In this document: one piece after another, positions 1-6,893 of the stretch
Numbering within the stretch: the stretch's first letter is position 1
Layout: each line of letters starts with the position of its first letter
From: Colwellia polaris
GTDB lineage: Archaea; Nanohalarchaeota; Nanosalinia; Nanosalinales; Nanosalinaceae
Assembly: GCA_047617785.1 (NCBI GenBank)
Contig: JBLGBK010000018.1
Location: forward strand, 1 to 10,039
Length of the DNA stretch: 10,039 bases
Direction of reading: 5' to 3'
Program-made: the position numbers and the translations under genes
The notes under the pieces: generated by a model
The model's input: the letters and a program-made list of their open reading frames with translations, nothing else
Database searches by the model: none
What the model was told of the DNA's origin: nothing

Positions 1-709
1 TACTGTACTGGGTATCCCCATCAATGACTGGGTTGAATGATACTTTACCCCATACAAGTGAGCCGGAGCTCTGTGTACCCGTTCCAACTTCTTGGGAGAG
101 ATCTGTGAAGCCGCAACGGCTGTAAAAATGGCCGTAGAAATCATTGGTTTGAAGTCGAATAAATGGATCTTCCAGTCCTTCAATACTGCTGGTAGTAGTT
201 GAAGTAGTAGTCTTGTTAAATACAGTGTTTGTTGATGGATCGCGCAGAGTTGAATACATTGTAATATTAGAACGCATCTGGAACTCGGAATTTGCTTTCT
301 CCACATTCTGGTTTTCAAAACTATAGCTGAATTCGTATCCTGCTCCTTCTGCTGCGTCTATAACTCTTCCACCCCAGTTAGTCAAGGAGGCATTTTGAGT
401 GTAGTTTAGTTCATACTGTCCAGTGGAGGCGTTGACGGTTGCGTGTGAAATATTTTCTCTTGGTTCTTCCATCGGTATTCCTTCGCTTACCATGTAGCTG
501 GTTACGCCAGACATTGCGCGATCGAAAGCGATATTGAAGGATCTGTCTTTATCGTCGTGTATTTTATCGTGGTAGAAACTTGCCTGTCCTATCAAGGCTG
601 CGTCGCCGTCCGTGCTTACGTCCAGTCCGGAGTATGGCATTATCATAAGTGAGAGCAATACTGCCGAACCCATTACTGCAAAGGTTGTGTAGGTCATTCC
701 TTTTCTCAT
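1..709 (-). CDS. Class III signal peptide-containing surface/pilus-associated protein, 3' end outside the window (at least 236 aa)
   Basis: Not in the ORF track. Hand translation from ATG at 709-707, which overlaps the upstream TGA as ATGA, is open to the window edge: MRKG|MTYTTFAVMGSAVLLSLMIMPYSG...TTTSTTTSSIEGLEDPFIRLQ...GDTQYS. It has a basic RKG followed by a hydrophobic stretch, several N-x-S/T sequons (NIS, NAS, NYT, NIT, NKT) and an SD-like GAGGTGG upstream. Confidence 0.85.
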   Translation of the reverse strand, partial: MRKGMTYTTFAVMGSAVLLSLMIMPYSGLDVSTDGDAALIGQASFYHDKIHDDKDRSFNIAFDRAMSGVTSYMVSEGIPMEEPRENISHATVNASTGQYELNYTQNASLTNWGGRVIDAAEGAGYEFSYSFENQNVEKANSEFQMRSNITMYSTLRDPSTNTVFNKTTTSTTTSSIEGLEDPFIRLQTNDFYGHFYSRCGFTDLSQEVGTGTQSSGSLVWGKVSFNPVIDGDTQYS

Positions 710-2607
710 TCTTCCCACCTCACAAGTGTAACTGTGGATGGACCCCATAAACGTCTTTCTCCACCGATAGTCACCGAACTTGGCTCAATATTTTCGAAGT
801 TAAAGAAGTCTCCAGACTTGTTCTCAAGTCTTTCAACAGCATCTTCTTGAGCAGCTTCTTCTGAATCAAATACAGGTCCATAACCTACTCTAGGCTCAAC
901 AAAAGTACTGTACTCAAACAGCGAATGTTCTAAGAAGCGGGTATCATCATTAGCGTCTGATAGTCTAACAAAGTTATTTTGATCAAAATCAACTATATCC
1001 GAGCCAATCGAGATAAAGGTCGGTTTGGTTTCAGATGAGCTGAAAATAGTCTGATAGGGGTCAGTCCCTGATTTCACCTCAACCTCAGTATTATCTGCAT
1101 CAAAAACTGACATATATAGGCCTACTTTGGAGAAGTAATCGTAATCCGTGAACTGTCTTTCATAGGTTACGGGATTTCCATTTTGTCCAAACTCTTCAGA
1201 TATAGTGGATTCATATTTTCCGTATCCAACATCTTCCTTATCTCTGTACTTGACTTCTATATATGAATGATCAGCAGTACCTGGGTTCGAATTCAGTACA
1301 GTATTCTGTCCTCCCCAGTAATTGCTTCCATCATGATTGATGAGTATCCTCATCAGGTTGCTACCAGGCTTAATTTGGTCGGTGATATCAACCGTGGTTT
1401 GGTACTGGCCATTAGCTGATTCTTGAATGACTACTTCCTCGTTTAGAGTGGCTTGAACATCCCACCCATCAGGAGATTCTTCCGTTCCAACACTGTCCGC
1501 ATCTAAAGTAAGATTAGCACTGATGATCTCGGAATTTCTGGGCAGTCCGAAGTTTTCTATGTCAACTATCCCGGATGATTGTTCTCCGCCTCCACCACCT
1601 CCAGAAAATTCTGAATAAACGTATTTAAGAGGGATTCGCCGGGTTTTAACTTCATCAGTCTGTAAGGCGGCTGTTTTAGTGTAATTTATTTCTACTCTGC
1701 TACCAGGATTGAGCAGGCCTCCTTCGAAGAAAATAGACTCTGTTGTATAGGTTATGCTGTTGTTTTGACCGATCTCTAGATATTCAGCAATGTTGTAGCG
1801 ATAGTAGCTGTTCCCGCCTTCTCCGCCTCCACCACTTTCTGAATCAAGTAGTTGCGCATTTGAATCAGGGACTTCATTACCGTTTACAAATACCTGGAAA
1901 TCATCACTTGGCTCTTGCTGTAAATTAAGATCTAGTGTTCCGGAATTGAGTGCAACGATATCATCGTCTTTTATAGGCACATATTTCGTTGTTTCAAATC
2001 TTCCATTTCCACTTCTTCCTGGAGCATCAGGTAGATTGCCTGAAGGTGAGATAGGGCTAATCTCAGTTCGTAGACTCTGGCCTTGAAGTACACTAGCGCG
2101 AGCACGATAGCCAGAGTTTGAAGCATTCAACCGGTGACCTGAGACAAGACTGGAAGCAGTAGTGACAAACTCTGTTTTCTCCGGGCGTTCAACATCCTGA
2201 GGTAGCGTGTACGTTTTTCCACCTTCTTTTATCTGTATCTGGTAGTTTCCATCCACTCGTGGACCAAAATATCTTTCAGTTGCTTCTTCTGCATAGCTGA
2301 AATTTCCTGCCGCCCATAGATAGGTTATGCCGTTAAGAACAGTTTTATCCATATCCTCTTCACTCATAACTGAGTTGGCGACCAGTTCATCTTGGAAGCT
2401 TTCATTGTATGTTTCAAAGCTTTCTGCGGACGCCAGACTCATAACATCTCTTGATTCTGTACGCAGATTGTTCGCTGCGTTGTCATCTTGGTTGTACTGA
2501 CTGTAGTTTGTACCCATCATAGTCAGCATCATAACGAGAGTTGCAGACATCACTGTCAATGCCAGTATTGCATCGAACGAGAAGTAGAATCCTTTTCTTA
2601 TCTCCAT
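706..2607 (-). CDS. Large type IV pilin-like protein/putative adhesin (class III signal peptide, beta-rich extracellular domains), 633 aa
   Basis: N-terminus IRKG|FYFSFDAILALTVMSATLVMMLT is a class III signal peptide with a hydrophobic helix. The body is rich in S/T/N/G, has many sequons (NYS, NES, NFS, NAS, NNS, NYT, NLT) and ends LWGPSTVTLVRW. It overlaps both neighbouring genes. Confidence 0.8.
   Translation of the reverse strand: MEIRKGFYFSFDAILALTVMSATLVMMLTMMGTNYSQYNQDDNAANNLRTESRDVMSLASAESFETYNESFQDELVANSVMSEEDMDKTVLNGITYLWAAGNFSYAEEATERYFGPRVDGNYQIQIKEGGKTYTLPQDVERPEKTEFVTTASSLVSGHRLNASNSGYRARASVLQGQSLRTEISPISPSGNLPDAPGRSGNGRFETTKYVPIKDDDIVALNSGTLDLNLQQEPSDDFQVFVNGNEVPDSNAQLLDSESGGGGEGGNSYYRYNIAEYLEIGQNNSITYTTESIFFEGGLLNPGSRVEINYTKTAALQTDEVKTRRIPLKYVYSEFSGGGGGGEQSSGIVDIENFGLPRNSEIISANLTLDADSVGTEESPDGWDVQATLNEEVVIQESANGQYQTTVDITDQIKPGSNLMRILINHDGSNYWGGQNTVLNSNPGTADHSYIEVKYRDKEDVGYGKYESTISEEFGQNGNPVTYERQFTDYDYFSKVGLYMSVFDADNTEVEVKSGTDPYQTIFSSSETKPTFISIGSDIVDFDQNNFVRLSDANDDTRFLEHSLFEYSTFVEPRVGYGPVFDSEEAAQEDAVERLENKSGDFFNFENIEPSSVTIGGERRLWGPSTVTLVRWEE
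715..721 (-). promoter_or_regulatory. Shine-Dalgarno-like site for the 1..709 gene
   Basis: Minus strand reads GAGGTGG, 5 nt before the ATG at 709, matching the archaeal GGAGGTGA consensus. It lies within the upstream coding sequence, so it could be coincidental. Confidence 0.5.
1582..1835. repeat. 17-bp exact direct repeat TTCTCCGCCTCCACCAC (1582-1598 and 1819-1835) encoding GGGGE
   Basis: Both copies read directly from the sequence; they are 237 bp (79 codons) apart and in frame within the 633-aa gene. Confidence 0.85.
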
Positions 2608-3125
2608 ACCACGTAGTTCATCTCCGCGTCCCGTAGTTCTCCCGACCGATTTACAGCCACCTGTCTGTCAATATTAATTACCGTGCTCGCCTGAGAGTAT
2701 TCATCTATACCCATATCGAAAGGATTTTCTTCTGCATCCCCTTCATAATCTAGAATTTCACCCGATTGTGGATCTCTGAACTCTAGTGTAAAGTTCTGTG
2801 TCTTTGTAAGATGTGTTTGGCGTTCGTAGCTCAGGTTGTGGAATGCTTCCAGCTTTTCCATTGATAGTATGTTTTCACCAGTTGCAAATCCAGGAATTCT
2901 TACCTCCACTCCTGTTTCTTCCCAATTATTCGGATAGCCTTCAGTTGTTACCATGAAATCAGCCGTACGTTCTGCCTGACTTCTCAGAAGGTCTTCTTGG
3001 TCGAAACTTTCTTGGCTGTCGACTCCGAGCCCCCACATAGTCATGAATAGTGTTATCATGGCGCCGAATATAGCCACTGAAGCCATGAAATCAGTCATGA
3101 ATGCTTGGGCTTTTCTACGATTCAT
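2598..3125 (-). CDS. Minor pilin-like protein with class III signal peptide, 175 aa
   Basis: MNRRKA|QAFMTDFMASVAIFGAMITLFMTMW: basic leader, Q at +1, D at +6, hydrophobic helix. Overlaps the upstream gene by 11 bp and the downstream gene by 10 bp; GGGGTG SD-like motif upstream. Confidence 0.8.
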   Translation of the reverse strand: MNRRKAQAFMTDFMASVAIFGAMITLFMTMWGLGVDSQESFDQEDLLRSQAERTADFMVTTEGYPNNWEETGVEVRIPGFATGENILSMEKLEAFHNLSYERQTHLTKTQNFTLEFRDPQSGEILDYEGDAEENPFDMGIDEYSQASTVINIDRQVAVNRSGELRDAEMNYVVWR

Positions 3126-3513
3126 TTATGTACACCCCTGACTCGTTGTGGATTACTCGGAAGGTGTTGGTTTCGTTAGTATTGAATTTCAATTCTCTGC
3201 CGCGGTAAAGTGTGGGCATCACGAAATTGCTGTTCTCCCAATTGACTACAAGCGTTGAGTTGATTACCCTGACATTATATGGTTCTCCTGCGATCCTGTT
3301 TGGTAGTATGAACCGTCTTTCATATCCTTCTCCCTGTGCTAACGCCATCTCTGCCTGAAATGCTACGTTCTTTCCCGCCATCTGCGCATCCATAGTATTG
3401 GAACGCATCGACACCTGATTCTGCTTCATTGTTACTGCAGACATCAGTATTACGAGTATAAGAAGCGAAAAGCTTACAAAAGACATAAATTCTATTGATG
3501 ACTGTCCTTTCAT
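3115..3513 (-). CDS. Type IV pilin-like protein (class III signal peptide, Q+1/E+5), 132 aa; start revised from 3555
   Basis: ATG at 3513 gives MKG|QSSIEFMSFVSFSLLILVILMSAV, a canonical KG|QxxxE motif (Class_IIIsignal/DUF361-like). It lies 5 bp after the upstream stop at 3519, avoiding the overlap implied by the 3555 start. Confidence 0.85.
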   Translation of the reverse strand: MKGQSSIEFMSFVSFSLLILVILMSAVTMKQNQVSMRSNTMDAQMAGKNVAFQAEMALAQGEGYERRFILPNRIAGEPYNVRVINSTLVVNWENSNFVMPTLYRGRELKFNTNETNTFRVIHNESGVYINES

Positions 3514-3518
3514 GGTTT

Positions 3519-3953
3519 TTAGTTCGCCTCTGAAATGTTTACCTGATCCTGCCACGCTGTAACACTTATCGGGTACTTGCCCTGTGAATCGGGAAGACCA
3601 TCACCAGTTTCTGCTATCTTTGTATCAAATATACGCGAGACATTAGTTCTTCCTGACGGAGTTTCTACTGTGTAGACAACTGCTCTGTTTTTTACGACAT
3701 ATGCTCTTTCAACGTTCCCGGGGACATCCATTGCGAACGTTCTCTTGGCTGGCGGCCCTGAAGCTTCTACTGTTGTAACTGCGGTTTCTAGTTTGTCCAG
3801 AGAGTTCTGAAGAGTGGCCGAGTCAGCACCTGTCTGAAGCTGGATTAGAGAGCTCTGAGCAGCCACTATGAATGGAGCCGCCATAAGCATTGCGAGTCCG
3901 AATACAGACAGGAATTCTATTGAAGACTGGGCTTTCCGAATTGCTGGTCGCAC
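3519..3953 (-). CDS. Type IV pilin-like protein (class III signal peptide, Q+1/E+5), first gene of the operon, about 144 aa
   Basis: RKA|QSSIEFLSVFGLAMLMAAPFIVAA. No in-frame ATG precedes the signal peptide. GTG at 3953 is preferred over TTG at 3962 because TTTTAA lies 25-30 bp upstream of it, which fits a leaderless transcript. Confidence 0.82.
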   Translation of the reverse strand: MRPAIRKAQSSIEFLSVFGLAMLMAAPFIVAAQSSLIQLQTGADSATLQNSLDKLETAVTTVEASGPPAKRTFAMDVPGNVERAYVVKNRAVVYTVETPSGRTNVSRIFDTKIAETGDGLPDSQGKYPISVTAWQDQVNISEAN

Positions 3954-3977
3954 ATTATACAATATATTAGAGACGGG

Positions 3978-3992
3978 TTAAAATCAACTTTC
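3978..3992 (-). promoter_or_regulatory. Putative BRE/TATA promoter of the pilin operon
   Basis: Minus strand GAAAGTTGA-TTTTAA, with the TATA at -30 to -25 from GTG 3953. Confidence 0.5.
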
Positions 3993-4040
3993 CCCTACAG
4001 CGGAGAAACAGTATTTTTTACACTGCTCACTCATAACGCG

Positions 4041-4050
4041 TTTTTTATAT
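4041..4050 (+). promoter_or_regulatory. Putative TATA box of ppsA
   Basis: TTTTTTATAT ends 27 bp before ATG 4077. No SD motif is present, consistent with a leaderless or short-leader mRNA. Confidence 0.6.
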
Positions 4051-4076
4051 GGAAGCCTATACAAACCGTAAACATT

Positions 4077-6611
4077 ATGGAAAATGTTCTCTGGTTCGAA
4101 AACATAAACGCAGACGATACAGCCAAGGTCGGTGGAAAGAGCGCCAACCTGGGAGAGCTTCAGAACGAAGTTGAAGTACCTGTTCTTCCCGGATTCGCTA
4201 CAACCTCCGATGCATACGACCGTTTCATCAAAAAGACGGAGCTAAAAGATAAAATAGAAAGATTACTAGACGGCCTGGACAACGACGATGTTACAGACCT
4301 CCAGAAAAGAGGTGAAAAAATCCGGGCGCACATCAAGGAAGCAGAAATGCCTCAGGACTTGAGAGACGACTTTATCGAAAGCTACGAGGACCTTGAAGAA
4401 AAACTAGGTGTCGAAAATCCCGAAGTAGCTGTGCGTTCTTCAGCAACAGCAGAAGACCTTCCTGGAGCTTCATTCGCAGGACAGCAGGAGACCTACCTGA
4501 ACGTATCCGGCAAACAGGACCTGATCAAGAGAATTAAGGACTGTTATGCCTCGCTGTTTACTAACAGAGCTATCAGTTATCGAGAGGACAAAGGCTTCAA
4601 CCACTTTGACGTTAAGCTTTCAGCAGTAGTCCAGAAGATGGGGCGTTCCGACATCGGAGCAGCAGGAGTAATGTTCACACTAGACCCTGACTCCGGTTTC
4701 GACAACGTAGTAACCATCAACGGAAGCTACGGACTAGGAGAATACGTCGTACTTGGAGAAGTCAATCCAGATGAGTTCACAGTATTCAAGGAGAACCTAG
4801 GAATCATCGAGAAGAACAAAGGAGAGAAAGAAATCAAGCTTGTACGGAACGAAGATCATGAATCAGGTGACGGACAGGAAAACATCGAGAAGGAAGTACC
4901 TCAGAGCGACCGCAACAGCTTCTGTATAACCGACAATCAGGTTAAAGAACTGGCTAAGTATGCAATGCAGATCGAGGATCACTACGACAAGCCTATGGAT
5001 ATCGAATGGGTTCTCGACGGCCAGACAAATGAACTATACATTGTACAGGCCCGACCTGAAACAGTTCAGGCAGAGAAAGACGAAAACGTAATAGAAGACT
5101 ACAAACTGAAAGAAGAATCGGAAGTACTGCTTGAAGGTTCTGCAATCGGATCGAAGATTGGGAACGGAAAGGCGCACGTGCTTGATTCTCCGAAACAGAT
5201 CGACCAATTCGAGGAAGGAGAAGTGCTTGTAACTGACATGACCGATCCTGACTGGGAACCAATCATGAAGAAAGCAGGAGCAATCATAACAAACAAAGGA
5301 GGGCGAACTTCGCACGCAGCGATCGTTTCACGTGAACTAGGCGTGCCTGCCGTCATTGGTACGGAAACCGCAACATCATCGATCGCAGACGGCAAAGAAG
5401 TCACAGTCGACTGTTCAAGCTCAACAGGAAAGATTTGGGATGGAAAACTCGACTTCGACGTCGAAAGACATCACCTAGACGAAGTACCTGATACTGATAC
5501 AGAGGTACAGGTCAACATAGGAGAGCCTTCAGAAGTCTTCCATGTAGCACAGTTACCTGTAGATGGAGTAGGCCTCGCACGTGAAGAGTTTATCATCTCT
5601 TCACACGTTGGAGAACACCCACTAAAGCTGGTTGATGAAGGCAGAGGTGACGAATATGTCGAAGCACTACGGTCCGGAATCGGAAAGATCGGAGCAGCAT
5701 TCTATCCAGATCAGGTAGTTGTACGGCTTTCTGACTTCAAGTCAGACGAATATGCAGAGCTTGAGGGTGGAGAAGAGTACGAACCGGATGAAGCCAATCC
5801 AATGCTTGGTTTCAGAGGCTCTTCACGTTACTACGACGATCTTTTCCAGAAAGCTTTCGAGCTTGAATGCAAAGCACTGCGTAAATGTGTTGACGAGCTT
5901 GGGCTCGACAACCTGACGATCATGGTTCCGTTCTGCCGTACAATCGAGGAAGCGAATAAGGTTAAGGCCAAGATGAAGGAGTACGGACTTGATAAGGGAG
6001 ATATCGAAGTCTACGTTATGGCAGAGGTACCTTCCAATATTATCCGTGCCGAAGAGTTCGCAGAAGTATTCGACGGATTCAGCGTTGGTACAAATGACCT
6101 GACACAGCTAACCCTTGGAGTTGACAGAAACAGCGACAAGCTGAAAGGCCTGTTCGATGAAAGAGACGAAGCTGTAAAGCAGTCAGTTAGTCGTTTGATT
6201 GAGAGAGCTCATAGACATGGCAACCACGTTGGTATATGTGGAGATGCTCCTTCAACCCACGATGGTTATGCAGAGTTCCTTGTAGAAGAGGATATCGATG
6301 CTATCAGTGTTTCACCTGACGTCGCTCTTGAGACTATCCTAAAGGTTGCAGATGTTGAGGAAGAGCTGGGTAAATCTTCAGGTAAAGGCACTGAGGTCGA
6401 GGTAAACGTTGATTTCCAGGTAGGTGAAACTGCTGGAAGGATCTACGACCGGCTTGATGAGCATGGACGTGCGACAGTTGAGAAGTTGAAGAGCTGGACT
6501 AATTCTGATATTGATGAGCGTCTTCTTGAGCAGGGTCTTGGATGGCTTGCAAAGGAGGATAAGATTCAGGTCCGGGAAGAAGATGATAAGACTGTTTACG
6601 AGCTGAAGTAG
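4077..6611 (+). CDS. ppsA: Phosphoenolpyruvate synthase (pyruvate, water dikinase) with C-terminal winged-helix extension, 844 aa
   Basis: Motifs appear in the expected order: VGGKSANLGEL, VAVRSSATAEDLPGASFAGQQETYLN, PMDIEW, YIVQARPETV, GGRTSHAAIVSRELG (phospho-His413, codon 5313-5315), EANPMLGFRG, FSVGTNDLTQLTLGVDR, VGICG. Confidence 0.96.
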   Translation: MENVLWFENINADDTAKVGGKSANLGELQNEVEVPVLPGFATTSDAYDRFIKKTELKDKIERLLDGLDNDDVTDLQKRGEKIRAHIKEAEMPQDLRDDFIESYEDLEEKLGVENPEVAVRSSATAEDLPGASFAGQQETYLNVSGKQDLIKRIKDCYASLFTNRAISYREDKGFNHFDVKLSAVVQKMGRSDIGAAGVMFTLDPDSGFDNVVTINGSYGLGEYVVLGEVNPDEFTVFKENLGIIEKNKGEKEIKLVRNEDHESGDGQENIEKEVPQSDRNSFCITDNQVKELAKYAMQIEDHYDKPMDIEWVLDGQTNELYIVQARPETVQAEKDENVIEDYKLKEESEVLLEGSAIGSKIGNGKAHVLDSPKQIDQFEEGEVLVTDMTDPDWEPIMKKAGAIITNKGGRTSHAAIVSRELGVPAVIGTETATSSIADGKEVTVDCSSSTGKIWDGKLDFDVERHHLDEVPDTDTEVQVNIGEPSEVFHVAQLPVDGVGLAREEFIISSHVGEHPLKLVDEGRGDEYVEALRSGIGKIGAAFYPDQVVVRLSDFKSDEYAELEGGEEYEPDEANPMLGFRGSSRYYDDLFQKAFELECKALRKCVDELGLDNLTIMVPFCRTIEEANKVKAKMKEYGLDKGDIEVYVMAEVPSNIIRAEEFAEVFDGFSVGTNDLTQLTLGVDRNSDKLKGLFDERDEAVKQSVSRLIERAHRHGNHVGICGDAPSTHDGYAEFLVEEDIDAISVSPDVALETILKVADVEEELGKSSGKGTEVEVNVDFQVGETAGRIYDRLDEHGRATVEKLKSWTNSDIDERLLEQGLGWLAKEDKIQVREEDDKTVYELK

Positions 6612-6622
6612 AAAACCCCGGC

Positions 6623-6646
6623 TTTTTCTTTTTTCTCTCTTCTTTC
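6623..6646 (+). terminator. Archaeal oligo-T/pyrimidine terminator after ppsA
   Basis: TTTTTCTTTTTTCTCTCTTCTTTC starts 12 bp after the TAG. Confidence 0.65.
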
Positions 6647-6710
6647 TATCGTTCAAAGGTCAGCATGAGTTAAAACATTAACAGGCTGAAAGTTCTAACA
6701 GTAGTTATAC

Positions 6711-6793
6711 GCCGGGGTAGCCAAGTGGCCAAAGGCGACGGACTTAAGATCCGTTCCCGTAGGGGTTCCCGGGTTCAAATCCTGGCCCCGGCA
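6711..6793 (+). tRNA. tRNA-Leu(UAA), no intron, CCA not encoded
   Basis: Acceptor stem GCCGGGG/CCCCGGC plus discriminator A6793; D arm GCC...GGC; anticodon stem ACGGA/TCCGT with loop CTTAAGA (TAA at 6745-6747); long variable arm TCCCGTAGGGG; T arm CCGGG-TTCAAAT-CCTGG. Confidence 0.97.
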
Positions 6794-6855
6794 AACGTCT
6801 TTCTTACTCTAAATTATTTCTAGAATTGGTCAAAAACCCAATCCTCCTTCTCAAT

Positions 6856-6868
6856 GCAAACATTTAAA
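6856..6868 (+). promoter_or_regulatory. Putative BRE/TATA promoter of the dikinase-like unit
   Basis: GCAAACA-TTTAAA, with the TATA at -31 to -26 from ATG 6894. Confidence 0.6.
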
Positions 6869-6869
6869 T

Positions 6870-6892
6870 TTGTTACTAACTAATAGTAACAA
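6870..6892. promoter_or_regulatory. Perfect inverted repeat TTGTTACTA-N5-TAGTAACAA, candidate operator
   Basis: 9-bp arms at 6870-6878 and 6884-6892 fill the space between the TATA box and the ATG. Confidence 0.65.
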
Positions 6893-6893
6893 T

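Noticed and set aside
1743-1928. 61-aa plus-strand ORF
   Set aside because: Antisense shadow of the 633-aa gene with a Cys/Leu-rich composition unlike this acidic proteome.
3514-3555. Extended N-terminus MAGSGKHFRGELKT of the second pilin
   Set aside because: It overlaps the upstream gene; ATG 3513 gives a canonical short MKG|Q leader.
3488-3929. 16/17-nt match AATTCTATTGA(T/A)GACTG at 3488-3504 and 3913-3929
   Set aside because: Explained by the shared QSSIEF pilin motif in paralogous genes; no evidence of an inversion or cassette system.
3996-4013. TACAG-N8-CAGTA upstream of the ppsA TATA as a TrmB-like site
   Set aside because: Imperfect, short and off-consensus in spacing, so it cannot be distinguished from chance.
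4993-6656. Short ORFs 4993-5262, 5034-5315, 5099-5404, 5719-5916 and 6378-6656
   Set aside because: All overlap the well-supported ppsA in antisense or alternative frames and show no recognisable motifs.
6870-6893. TTG start at 6870 for the dikinase-like ORF
   Set aside because: It lies immediately after the TATA box and would be upstream of the likely transcription start; ATG 6894 fits better.
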